Positions 8,564 to 17,497 of a stretch of 35,570 nucleotides of DNA are shown in pieces. The notes under the pieces were generated by a model that was given only the letters and a program-made list of their open reading frames with translations, ran no database searches and was not told the DNA's origin. The DNA is from Bdellovibrionota bacterium (GTDB lineage Bacteria; Bdellovibrionota_C; UBA2361): the NCBI GenBank assembly GCA_044352465.1, contig JBILDU010000020.1, positions 1-35,570 on the forward strand, written 5' to 3'. How positions within the stretch are numbered: position 1 is the stretch's first letter; each line of letters begins with the position of its first letter. Both the position numbers and the translations under genes were made by a program.

Positions 8564-10033
8564 ATGTTGAAGCTCGTCGTTGTCGATCGGTCAGCCGAAT
8601 CGCGCCATCGTCTCGTCGAGCGGCTGCAGTGTCTTCTTGGCGGAGAGGTTCCAGACGCTCGATTCATTCCGCGGGTGAGCGTGATTCCGCGGGCACTGCA
8701 GGAGATAAAATTTCATGCGACCCCTGATATCTGCATTGTCGGCCGGGAAATTGCGGAGTCGGCGAGCGGAGAGTGCGCCGAGCTACGGCGAGCGCTACCC
8801 ACCACTCCTCTGATCGCTGAGCTTGGGTGCTCGGTGCCGCGTCTCGGCGATATCGAGCAGCTGGCCCGATACGGTATCGACGACGTACTACCCGCGGAGT
8901 TTCAAGCTACCGAACTGCTGCAGCGACTTGTCTTGCTGCTTCGTAAGCGAAACCTCGGGCGGTCGGGCCGGCTTGTCGTCGTCGAATCAGCCAAGGGTGG
9001 GTTGGGGGTGACCTCGGTTGCGGCTGGGCTTGCTGACGTCGCCACCGCTGCTGGAAAGAGCGCGGTGCTCGTCGATTTCGATACCGACACCCAAGATGCG
9101 GCGCGCTTTCTTGGGGCGCGCCCGTACCTGAATGAAATGCTTCAACAGATCTGTGAGTTGCGGCGGCCCCTTACTCAAGAGTTTGTTGAGCAGTGTCTCG
9201 TTTCGACTGGGGGTGCGGAAGGCGGTTTCAAGGTCGTGCCACCGATGCCCGGGGGGAGCTTCGTTGAGGGGGATGACGGCTCACTTGCCCGGACCCTTCT
9301 TGCGTTCCTTGAGATACTCGATCAGATGTTCGACGTCACGGTGATCGACGTCGGCAGCTCGCGTGGAGCGGTGCGTGAGCTTTTTCATCGGGTGGCCGAT
9401 GTCGTGGTGCTGGTAGTTTCAACCGACCCAGCGGCGCTGTATGCCACGGTTGAGTTCGCACGACGGCTCTCAGGCACCCTGGGCCCAACCGCTCGGCTTG
9501 TTGTCGCTGAGAATCGTACTGGGGGAGCTGGGCTCGCGAGTTCGTTTGTTCGCAGCGAGATCGCCCGCGCGGCTCGATTGGGTGAGGCCAAGCAGGCAGG
9601 TGTCGTTATTCCGTATTGTGCCCGCGCGGCGCTTTGGCCCGGCTCGGGCGAAACGTTTTTTCGCCACGGCGGGCGGGGTTTGAGTCGCGCCTTGGAGACC
9701 CTATGGAACGAGGTCGTCAGCGGCGCTCAACCGGTGGATCGGCCCGTCTCGATGGGCGAATTGAGTGGGGCCCGTGTCGTTGAGAGGGTGCGCAGTTTCG
9801 GAACGTTTGCTCTTCGAGCGATTCGCGCAGTGCGGTTCGGGGTGCTCTTCGGTCGTTCCGCTCCTACCCCAGTCGGTGCTGATTCCGCGGAACCCCATGC
9901 GGTCACGGGGCCATGCGAGATTCGTCAACCGAAGCTTCTCGAGTTGCCGGAGCCGCACAGGGCGCTCCCACTCGACCCGCGATCTCTTGTTTCCGGTCTA
10001 CAACAACGTCTAGCAACTGTTACGGAGGGCTAA
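8564..10033 (+). CDS. CpaE/TadZ-like protein: pseudo-receiver plus MinD/ParA-type domain
   Basis: N-terminal receiver-like fold (MLKLVVVD, PDICIVG), deviant Walker A SAKGGLGVTS, VLVDFD, DVTVIDVG. First gene of the Tad-like operon, with GGAG upstream. Confidence 0.8.
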   Translation: MLKLVVVDRSAESRHRLVERLQCLLGGEVPDARFIPRVSVIPRALQEIKFHATPDICIVGREIAESASGECAELRRALPTTPLIAELGCSVPRLGDIEQLARYGIDDVLPAEFQATELLQRLVLLLRKRNLGRSGRLVVVESAKGGLGVTSVAAGLADVATAAGKSAVLVDFDTDTQDAARFLGARPYLNEMLQQICELRRPLTQEFVEQCLVSTGGAEGGFKVVPPMPGGSFVEGDDGSLARTLLAFLEILDQMFDVTVIDVGSSRGAVRELFHRVADVVVLVVSTDPAALYATVEFARRLSGTLGPTARLVVAENRTGGAGLASSFVRSEIARAARLGEAKQAGVVIPYCARAALWPGSGETFFRHGGRGLSRALETLWNEVVSGAQPVDRPVSMGELSGARVVERVRSFGTFALRAIRAVRFGVLFGRSAPTPVGADSAEPHAVTGPCEIRQPKLLELPEPHRALPLDPRSLVSGLQQRLATVTEG

Positions 10034-10234
10034 ATGAAAAAGAGAATAGTTCGAGTGATTCGCCTTAGTGGAGGCGGGGAGCGAGGCTATACCCTGCTTG
10101 AGTATGTCGCCGGAGCTGCGATTATCGGTGGGATCGTTTTCACCGCTCTGACGAGCTTTGGAAACGATATGGCGGGATTCTTGGGAAATCTCGGCTCGTG
10201 GACTCAGGCCCGTGGCGCCGAGTTAGCTCAGTAG
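10034..10234 (+). CDS. flp: Flp-type (Tad) prepilin
   Basis: 66 aa; basic leader ending ERG, then YTLLEY (Glu+5/Tyr+6 Flp motif) and a hydrophobic helix. Confidence 0.88.
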   Translation: MKKRIVRVIRLSGGGERGYTLLEYVAGAAIIGGIVFTALTSFGNDMAGFLGNLGSWTQARGAELAQ

Positions 10235-10244
10235 GTCGAGCGCC

Positions 10245-11156
10245 ATGGCGAAGCGAACGATGGAGCGGCCCCACGCGAAGCGGGGAAGGCACACGCTCGT
10301 TGGATTAGTACTCCTTGGCACGGCGATCGTCGGTGCGGCGTTCATCCTCCGGGAGGGACGGTACCCGACGGTCGCCCAGCCGCCTCCTCCGGTTGTGGCT
10401 CAATTCGATGTGGTGCCGGTTCCGGTCCCTGTCGAACCGGTCGCGGGGGGGACGCGGATAAAGCAGATAAAATTTAAAAATGTGATGTATCCGCGTCACC
10501 AACTACCGGAAGGAGCTCTCCTCGATATCGCCCCGGTTCGTGAGGGGATCGTGGCGGCACCACTTCCCGCGAACCTCCCCCTCTTTCGGGCCAATATCAC
10601 CCTCACGGTGCCAGGGAATCCGGTGACGGAGCGTATTCCGCCGGGGATGCGCGCGATGACCCTGAAGGTTGATGCGACGGCGGCGGTTGAGGGATGGGCC
10701 GGTTCAGGCACGATCGTTGATGTTCTCTTAATCGAGAAAGATCGGACGACGGTCGTGGCCGAGAAGGTGAAAATTCTCTCGGCTGAGCGGTCGGTGTCTC
10801 CGGTGGAGGGCGGCGGTACCCCGCACGTTCCGAGCACCGTCACCCTACTGGTAACTCAAGAGCAATGTCTCGCCATTAATACCGCGATCCCGCGCGGACG
10901 AATCGCTTTTGCTCTCCGTAGTGGGCGTGATGAAGCGACGTGGGGAGATCCGATTTACACCGCGGAGAGACTCAAAGGTGGGGATGCCCTGAGCGAAAGC
11001 ACCCCCGATACGATCTCAGGCTATGCCATCGTCCACGGATCGTCGGGCGGTAACTCGTTCGCGCTTGCTAACGGTCGTTGGGTGCGCGCCGAGGCTGTAC
11101 CGGAGGGCTTTCTTGTCGCGCGGGGTGTTGATTCGCGCATACCTATGAAACGGTAG
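10245..11156 (+). CDS. cpaB: Flp pilus assembly protein CpaB/RcpC
   Basis: N-terminal TM and SAF-like segment, IPPGMRAMTLKVD, VEGWAGSGTIVDVLL, VKILSA, TVTLLVT. Confidence 0.9.
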   Translation: MAKRTMERPHAKRGRHTLVGLVLLGTAIVGAAFILREGRYPTVAQPPPPVVAQFDVVPVPVPVEPVAGGTRIKQIKFKNVMYPRHQLPEGALLDIAPVREGIVAAPLPANLPLFRANITLTVPGNPVTERIPPGMRAMTLKVDATAAVEGWAGSGTIVDVLLIEKDRTTVVAEKVKILSAERSVSPVEGGGTPHVPSTVTLLVTQEQCLAINTAIPRGRIAFALRSGRDEATWGDPIYTAERLKGGDALSESTPDTISGYAIVHGSSGGNSFALANGRWVRAEAVPEGFLVARGVDSRIPMKR

Positions 11157-11168
11157 AGGAACAGTCGG

Positions 11169-12527
11169 ATGCAACCAGCAACCACCTTGCCCCGTGTTTT
11201 CGAGCCCACGGATCCCCCCGCGGTCATCGCGACGCGTACCCCCCGGTACGGCTCTACGGGGTCGACCCCGGCTATCGTGCATATACTCGAATCGGTGCGG
11301 CGTCAGCGGGGTGACGCGGGACCGATGCAAGTCGAGGCCTCGCTCGGTGAGGTCGAGCTTGATGCGACGATTCGGGAGGTCGCTCAATCGTTCGGTTTTG
11401 AGCTCTCGCCTTTTGAGTATGACGAGATCAAGGCTCATCTGGAACGGGATCAAAAGCTGTTCGGGGTGCTGCAGGTGCTCGTTGATACGCCGACCGTCTC
11501 GGATATCATCGTCACAAATTTTTCCCAGATCGCGGTCCAGCAGGGACGGCGGACTGTCGGCACCGATCTTTCGTTCACCTCTCTCGAGGCTTACGAAGCC
11601 TTTGTGGAGCGACTCCTTCACCGTGCGGGCACGAGTTATTCGACGAAGAGGCCGATCGCTGATGGAATGATCGGAGATTTTGCCCGTATTCACGCGGTGC
11701 ATCGGTCTCTGTGTGAGTCGGGTCCTTATCTGACGGTGCGGCTTAACCGATTCTCCTCGGTAGCGCTTGAGGACCTCGAGCGGGCGGGGTTTGCGCCCCG
11801 CCCGGTGCTTGATTATCTGCGTACCCTCGTTGGCTGGGGGCGGACCGTTCTTGTCGTTGGCGAGGTCGGCACGGGGAAGACGACGCTCACGCGGGCACTG
11901 GCGGCGAGTATTCCGCCCTCTGAGTCGATCCTTGTCATCGAAGACACGCCTGAAATTCGACTGAAGCATCCCCATGTGCGCTATGTCTCAACCCGCGAAG
12001 CCAATGCGGAGGGAGCCGGCCGGGTATCTCCGACCGAATGCATCCGGGCCGGGATGCGTATGGCGATGAACCGCATCATCTTCGGGGAGATTCGCGATGC
12101 CGAGGCGGCGGAAGCCTTTGTTGATGTGTGTGCCTCGGGGCATCCCGGTCTGTCGACCCTCCACGCGCGGAGCGCTCTCGAAGCTATCGCTCGGATGGAG
12201 CTTTTTCTAGGGCGGGCTCAACGTGGTGCTGATCGTGCGGTCCTCACCGAGCAGATCGTCACCGCTGTCCAGGTGGTGGCTTTCGTTGATGTTTGCCGTG
12301 ATACCGGGCAGCGTCGCATCAAAGAGGTTCGTGAGATCGGTCCGGTCGCGGATGGAGTTATTCGTCATCGGGAGATGTTTCGTTATGCCGTTGAGGGTGG
12401 CGTGCCGGTGTGGCGCGTGCAGGGCCGTTTAAGCGCTCATCGCGATCTCCTTGAGGGAGGTAGTAATCCCGTGGTGTTAAGCGCCTTGCCGCCGCGCCTC
12501 ACCGTCTTGAGGGGAGATTCGGCATGA
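11169..12527 (+). CDS. cpaF: Tad pilus ATPase CpaF/TadA
   Basis: Walker A GEVGTGKTT, Asp box IEDTPE, Walker B IIFGEIR, His box GHPGLSTLHA. Confidence 0.92.
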   Translation: MQPATTLPRVFEPTDPPAVIATRTPRYGSTGSTPAIVHILESVRRQRGDAGPMQVEASLGEVELDATIREVAQSFGFELSPFEYDEIKAHLERDQKLFGVLQVLVDTPTVSDIIVTNFSQIAVQQGRRTVGTDLSFTSLEAYEAFVERLLHRAGTSYSTKRPIADGMIGDFARIHAVHRSLCESGPYLTVRLNRFSSVALEDLERAGFAPRPVLDYLRTLVGWGRTVLVVGEVGTGKTTLTRALAASIPPSESILVIEDTPEIRLKHPHVRYVSTREANAEGAGRVSPTECIRAGMRMAMNRIIFGEIRDAEAAEAFVDVCASGHPGLSTLHARSALEAIARMELFLGRAQRGADRAVLTEQIVTAVQVVAFVDVCRDTGQRRIKEVREIGPVADGVIRHREMFRYAVEGGVPVWRVQGRLSAHRDLLEGGSNPVVLSALPPRLTVLRGDSA

Positions 12528-13309
12528 TCGGATATCGAGCGCGATTGCAGGCGCAAGGGGAATTTTTGCTGAGTCGGCCACGTGCGCCGAAGAGAGGGAG
12601 AAATCGTGTCTCTCGACCTTGGGTAGGCACAGCTCTTGTATGGAGTGGTGTGGCCGCAGCGCTATCGCTGGGTGCTCTTTATGGTCCACTCAAAGCGGCT
12701 TTGGCGCTTTTCCTCGGTGTTGGAATCGGCGCGATGCTGCGAGGGCGGCGTAAATTCGCCCAGATGGAGGCGTTTGAGCGGGACTACCCGGCATTACTGG
12801 TTTCACTGGCATCTTCGGTTCGGGCGGGGCTCGACCCGTTAGTAGCGCTGATGTCCGCGCGAACGTTGTTCCCACCTGAGGGATCCGTTCGCCGAGAGCT
12901 CGACGTTTTCGCCCAAGCGATCGAGGCTGGCGCGAGAGAAGAGGACGCGCTCAGACGTTTCGGTGCGACGGTTGCACATCCCGATGTCGTCCTTCTTCAA
13001 AACGCTTTTCTCCTCGCTCGGCGGGAGGGAGCTTCGCTCGGCGAGTGCTTACACCGCTTAGCGCGGGTGACCCGGCAGCGCCAATCTTTTCGCCGCAAGA
13101 TTCGCGGAGCGGTAGCGATGCAGCGGATGTCGGCGATCGGTATCGCGGGTTGCGCTGTGGTGATCGGGGTCTTCCAATCGATCTCAAATCCTCAAGGCAT
13201 CGCCAATGCTGTGGCCGATACGCGGGGTGTGATGGCGCTGTCGTTTGGTGGTGCCCTCGTCGCGGGAGGGCTTATCTGGATGATCTATCTCGTTCGCGCA
13301 CGGATATAG
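12524..13309 (+). CDS. tadB: TadB-like inner-membrane platform protein (T2SS F domain)
   Basis: LASSVRAG, REGASLGECLHRLARVTRQR, two C-terminal TMs; ATGA overlap with cpaF. Confidence 0.82.
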   Translation: MIGYRARLQAQGEFLLSRPRAPKRGRNRVSRPWVGTALVWSGVAAALSLGALYGPLKAALALFLGVGIGAMLRGRRKFAQMEAFERDYPALLVSLASSVRAGLDPLVALMSARTLFPPEGSVRRELDVFAQAIEAGAREEDALRRFGATVAHPDVVLLQNAFLLARREGASLGECLHRLARVTRQRQSFRRKIRGAVAMQRMSAIGIAGCAVVIGVFQSISNPQGIANAVADTRGVMALSFGGALVAGGLIWMIYLVRARI

Positions 13310-13312
13310 GGT

Positions 13313-15511
13313 ATGGATGCGTTTTTAGGGCTCCTCGGGTGTGTGGTCTTGGTTTTGTGCGGTAGCGCCTTCCTTCTGGGGACGCAGCGCCGGACCCCGG
13401 TTGATGTGGTGATCGATCTAGCGGAAGAGGGTCCTCAGGGGGGAGTTGGCCCAACGGCAAGGAAAAGTTCCGCTAAAGCACAGGCTCCCATCGCTACCGG
13501 GACGCAGGCCGCTTTACTCGGAGGGAGCGGTGGGGCGCTCGTGGGCTGGTTGGCTGGCTTAGCACCCGGCCAGGTCGCGGTATTCGCTGCAGCGGGGATT
13601 GCGGCGGGCTATCTCCTTATCCAGGCACTTTTCCGACGGAGTAAAGAGCGCCTCCGGCAAAACTATATCTTTCACCTTCCCCTGGTGATGGAGAGCGTCG
13701 TCATGGCGGTTGAAGCCGGTGCGGATGTGTTGGGTGCGATCGGACGGGTCGTGAAGCTCGAAGATGACTCGATGTCTCGAGTGTCCATCGATCCGGTGAC
13801 GTCACTCCTCGGTGTTGCGCTCGAGCGGGTGGAGCAAGGCGCCGGTCTCGAGGAAACCTTACGCGAGCTCGGCGCTGAGTGCGAGGTCACGGCGGTACGC
13901 CACGCTTTTCTCCATCTCGCGCTGGCCCACCGTGAGGGGGGAGAGTTGGTCCAACCGCTTCGCGAGCTCGGCAACTCCACCCAGGTCTTTTTCCAAGAGA
14001 CCGTGGAGGAGGAGATCGCCAAGCTCCCGGTTCGGGCAACAGCACCGCTCCTTTGCATGTTTACGGGGCTCATCATCTGTTTTGTTACCGTGCCGCTTCT
14101 TCAGGTCAGCTCAATGACCAAGCGGGCGTTGCCGGAAAAGGCACTTCCGCCCCTTTCAGGGGAGCGAGGTTCGATGACGTTGTTTGTCCTTTTTTTTGTT
14201 TTTCCGATTATCTACCTCCTCGCCACGCTCTCGCTCGATCTCCGGGCGGCAACCATCGAGACCTCCGCGCGCCAACGTATTCTGGATGAGGCTGTTCTTG
14301 CCGGTGTCCGGGGTATGCCCCGGCCCGAGGCAGCGCGAGATTTTACCCGTCAGTACCTCAATCGTTTTGGTTTCACCGCGGAGGCTGCGGTGAGAGCCGA
14401 TGCTTCGACGGTGAGCGTCACGGTAGAGGGGGTCACGAAGTTGTCGTTCCCGAGCCTGCTCGGAGTCGATGCTGGTGTACCGTATACCTTGCATGCGCGT
14501 GCGCGTGCCCGACCAGTCGACGCTGTCATCGCTCTCGATCTGGGCGCGTATCTCGCTCCATCGGAGAGTGGCTTTACTGCCTGGGGTGCCGAGTCGGAGT
14601 GGGGCGCAGCGGAGTATTTCGTTCGTATAGCCGATCGATTCGTTCCCCCCGCCGACCCGCGCCTGTCGACTGCACGATGTTTTAATTTCACCGTGTCAGC
14701 GCTCAAACGCGCTGCTATCGGGGCGCACGATTACCTCGGTGCCTTTAGCGATAGCCGGATCGGGCTAGGGCTTTTCCCCGGGGACGGGCTGCCGTTTCAG
14801 TTTGTGCGATCGTTCGCCGCGACTGGGGATACGGTGGCGGATCTCCCAACGTATGCAACCCGCACCGTCACTGCCGACGACTGCGCCGCCGCAGCGGTGG
14901 AGGAGCGCTGGTTCGAGCAATACCGTTTCCCGGCAAACCCGTATCGAAACGGGTCGCCGCCTGAGGAGGGGCTGGGATGGGGCGAGGCCGGTGCGACGAC
15001 CCCTCGAACGGTGGGAGCCGCTGTGTGGATGAGTCCGGTACGAGAAGTCAGCCCGGTGTCAAACGGAATAGGGGATTTCGGAGCCGTTCTCGAAGGTGTC
15101 CTGAGCGCACTTCTCGGCGCTCCCGCGGCTGATGGGCGGGGTGGCTTTAGTCGGAATCCCCGCCGTCTGGGATTGATTTTAATGGGGGATCTCCCCCACG
15201 TGGGCGGGTTTCGTTTCCCGAGCGAGGAGGTTTCCGAACGTATCGATTCGATCCTTGAAACGTTTCGACCGATGATTGTGGAACATCAACCAAGAGTCGT
15301 GATCTACGTGGTGATTCTACCACCACCCGGCCGTGAGCTCGACTCGTTCGAGCGACAGGCGCTCGATCAATATTTCACTTCGCGCGAGGTGCGAGCAGCG
15401 GAGTTGCTCCTCGATATCGAACCGATCTTTCCAAGCGATCCAGAGGCCCTTCGAGATTCGATTCTTCCCGCGATATTGATCGACCGTAGCGGCGGAGGGA
15501 TCGCCCGGTGA
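13313..15511 (+). CDS. TadC-like platform protein fused in frame to a TadG-like pseudopilin with a degenerate vWA domain
   Basis: Residues ~1-267 are TadC-like (MAVEAG, EGGELVQPLREL, EEEIAKLPVRATAPL plus a TM). ERG|SMTLFVLFFVFPIIYLLATLSLD, RILDEAVLAG and PVDAVIALD follow. No stop codon in 14101-14180. Confidence 0.78.
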   Translation: MDAFLGLLGCVVLVLCGSAFLLGTQRRTPVDVVIDLAEEGPQGGVGPTARKSSAKAQAPIATGTQAALLGGSGGALVGWLAGLAPGQVAVFAAAGIAAGYLLIQALFRRSKERLRQNYIFHLPLVMESVVMAVEAGADVLGAIGRVVKLEDDSMSRVSIDPVTSLLGVALERVEQGAGLEETLRELGAECEVTAVRHAFLHLALAHREGGELVQPLRELGNSTQVFFQETVEEEIAKLPVRATAPLLCMFTGLIICFVTVPLLQVSSMTKRALPEKALPPLSGERGSMTLFVLFFVFPIIYLLATLSLDLRAATIETSARQRILDEAVLAGVRGMPRPEAARDFTRQYLNRFGFTAEAAVRADASTVSVTVEGVTKLSFPSLLGVDAGVPYTLHARARARPVDAVIALDLGAYLAPSESGFTAWGAESEWGAAEYFVRIADRFVPPADPRLSTARCFNFTVSALKRAAIGAHDYLGAFSDSRIGLGLFPGDGLPFQFVRSFAATGDTVADLPTYATRTVTADDCAAAAVEERWFEQYRFPANPYRNGSPPEEGLGWGEAGATTPRTVGAAVWMSPVREVSPVSNGIGDFGAVLEGVLSALLGAPAADGRGGFSRNPRRLGLILMGDLPHVGGFRFPSEEVSERIDSILETFRPMIVEHQPRVVIYVVILPPPGRELDSFERQALDQYFTSREVRAAELLLDIEPIFPSDPEALRDSILPAILIDRSGGGIAR

Positions 15512-16227
15512 GAAACAGAGGAGGAATCGGTGTGCGAATTCGGGACGTACGAGGGTCCTGCGGGGATAATGGCGTAGCTCTTCTCGAGCTGGCACTTCTC
15601 AGCGTGGTTGTACTCCCAGTCCTGCTCATGGGTCTCGCGCTCGTTCGGTATATGGAGTTAGGACGCGAGCTTTCGATTGCGGTGGAATACGCCCTTCGTG
15701 CGGAAGAGGGGGTGCCGTGGCGGATAACTCCTAATTCTCGCGGGGAGAGCGTGATTGAGGTTGATCGGGAGGCGATCGATCGAGCCGTTGAGGACTCGGT
15801 GCGGCGAGTGGAGCAAGTCATCGTTCGAGATTCGTTGGGTGTCAACTCGGGGCGATACCGGGTCGAGTCAGCGATGGTCCTGGTGGGGATAGACCGGGTG
15901 ACCGGTCGACCTGAGATCGAGGGAGCTGAGATCCGCTCTCGAGCCGTGGGTGGGTTGCCGGTGAAAAGCCGTGATCTGACCGCGACCGCCCCCTCCGCGC
16001 TTGTGGCAGCGCTCGCCCGTTCGTCCCCCGCGGAGGGCCAGAGCGCTTTGTCTGTTCGGGATAACCCTGGCGCGGCGGGATACTTCGGTCTTGTGCCGGT
16101 TGTTGTCGTGCGCGCCTTTCGATCGATCGGATCTGAGGAGATGGGCTTTTTCCTTGAATCAATGGGTCTCCCCTCTTACGTTTTTGCGGCTGAAGTCGGC
16201 CTCGTTCGAGTGGAGGCGGGGGTATGA
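15508..16227 (+). CDS. TadE-like pseudopilin
   Basis: Basic leader ending DNG, then VALLELALLSVVVLPVLLMG (Glu at +5). GTGA overlap with the preceding gene. Confidence 0.78.
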   Translation: MRNRGGIGVRIRDVRGSCGDNGVALLELALLSVVVLPVLLMGLALVRYMELGRELSIAVEYALRAEEGVPWRITPNSRGESVIEVDREAIDRAVEDSVRRVEQVIVRDSLGVNSGRYRVESAMVLVGIDRVTGRPEIEGAEIRSRAVGGLPVKSRDLTATAPSALVAALARSSPAEGQSALSVRDNPGAAGYFGLVPVVVVRAFRSIGSEEMGFFLESMGLPSYVFAAEVGLVRVEAGV

Positions 16228-17492
16228 AGTTACGTCGGTGGTGGCAACGTCTTTGTCGGAGTTTCGCCGTTGGTCGGGGACTGGGCTTTAGGGGCGGAGT
16301 TTCTCTCGATGACTTTTTACTGGGTTACGTGACGCGAACGGAGTACGCCCATATCGTCGCCACGACCCCCGATCGTCGCATGATTATCGATGCGGTGGCG
16401 ACGTCTCGTGGAATCGAGTCTCTCGACATAGTAAGAAAATGGGGGGCTCAGCGGGGATGCCGCTCTTTGGAGCGCCCCGCGTGCGCTGATTTCACGGTCT
16501 TACCGGCGGATGTATCGCCCGAGCTTTTGGCGCGAAGTGGCGCAACGGTGGTGACAAGCGGCGCTCTTATCGAGGCGTTAGTCTGCGTCGATCCAGATAC
16601 GATTGAGCACCTCCGGGTAGCGCTGGGGGATGTTGAGATCGTTGTCGCGCCGTGGCGTGAGATTGAGCGACAGCTCGGTGAATCAACGGGGGCTCTCGCA
16701 GAGATAAAAGCTGCCGAACAGCGGGAGTCGATCGAACGGTTGCGCGAAACGACCGCGGCGGTCTTGGGGATCGTTGTCCAAGAAATAGTCGATCGTGGTG
16801 CCTCCGCTGTTTATCTCGATCTGACGATGGAGGACCCAACCTATACCCTTGGCGAGAGCAGCCAGAGCGGAGTGCAGGGGGTCTTACACGCGATGCTACG
16901 CCCGACACTTGAGGAGACCTTGGGCTGCGACACCGCTGAGATCGAGCTTCCCTCCGGTGTTCGTATCGCCGCGACGATAGAGCGAGATGCCGCGAGGAAA
17001 TGCTTCACCTTGCGGTGGGCTCACGCGAGACCGGCGGCGCCGACTCCCCCGGCGGTTTCGTCGGGCCCTCCCACGCCCCACCCGAAAGGGATAGCGTCGC
17101 CGCGGTTACGGAAAAATGTCTTTGTCATCGAAGATAATCCAAGTTTTCGGGCGATTCTGACCGCCTATATCGAGCGGCAGGGCTTCGGTGTGACCCCTTT
17201 CTCCGCTGCCATAGATGCTTGGAGCGCCCTTCAAGAGGGGGTCGATCTTGATGTCATCGTCTGTGATCTCCATATGGTCGAGATGAGTGGGTACGATTTT
17301 ATCCGGCGCCTCCGCGCTACTCGGGTAGGCCGAAACGTTCCGGTGATTGCGTTAAGCTCGGCCGATGATGTTGAGACGGAGCTGCAGATGCTTCGCGCCG
17401 GGGTTGCGGCGTTCATCTCTAAGGGAGCGGATCCGCGGATTCTCGGAGCTCATATCGAACGACTGTGCCTTGGCCTCGAAGGGGAGAGCTGA
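16224..17492 (+). CDS. Response regulator: PilB/GspE N-terminal-like domains plus C-terminal receiver, no ATPase
   Basis: Receiver motifs VIEDN, IVCDLHM, LSS, SKG. N-terminal segments LVCVDP...IVVAPWREIERQL and IVVQEIVDRGASAVYLD resemble the PilB/GspE N1 and N2 domains. No Walker A. Confidence 0.75.
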   Translation: MKLRRWWQRLCRSFAVGRGLGFRGGVSLDDFLLGYVTRTEYAHIVATTPDRRMIIDAVATSRGIESLDIVRKWGAQRGCRSLERPACADFTVLPADVSPELLARSGATVVTSGALIEALVCVDPDTIEHLRVALGDVEIVVAPWREIERQLGESTGALAEIKAAEQRESIERLRETTAAVLGIVVQEIVDRGASAVYLDLTMEDPTYTLGESSQSGVQGVLHAMLRPTLEETLGCDTAEIELPSGVRIAATIERDAARKCFTLRWAHARPAAPTPPAVSSGPPTPHPKGIASPRLRKNVFVIEDNPSFRAILTAYIERQGFGVTPFSAAIDAWSALQEGVDLDVIVCDLHMVEMSGYDFIRRLRATRVGRNVPVIALSSADDVETELQMLRAGVAAFISKGADPRILGAHIERLCLGLEGES

Positions 17493-17497
17493 GACTC

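Noticed and set aside
11016..11975. 319-aa minus-strand ORF
   Set aside because: Antisense shadow of cpaB/cpaF, as is common in GC-rich DNA.
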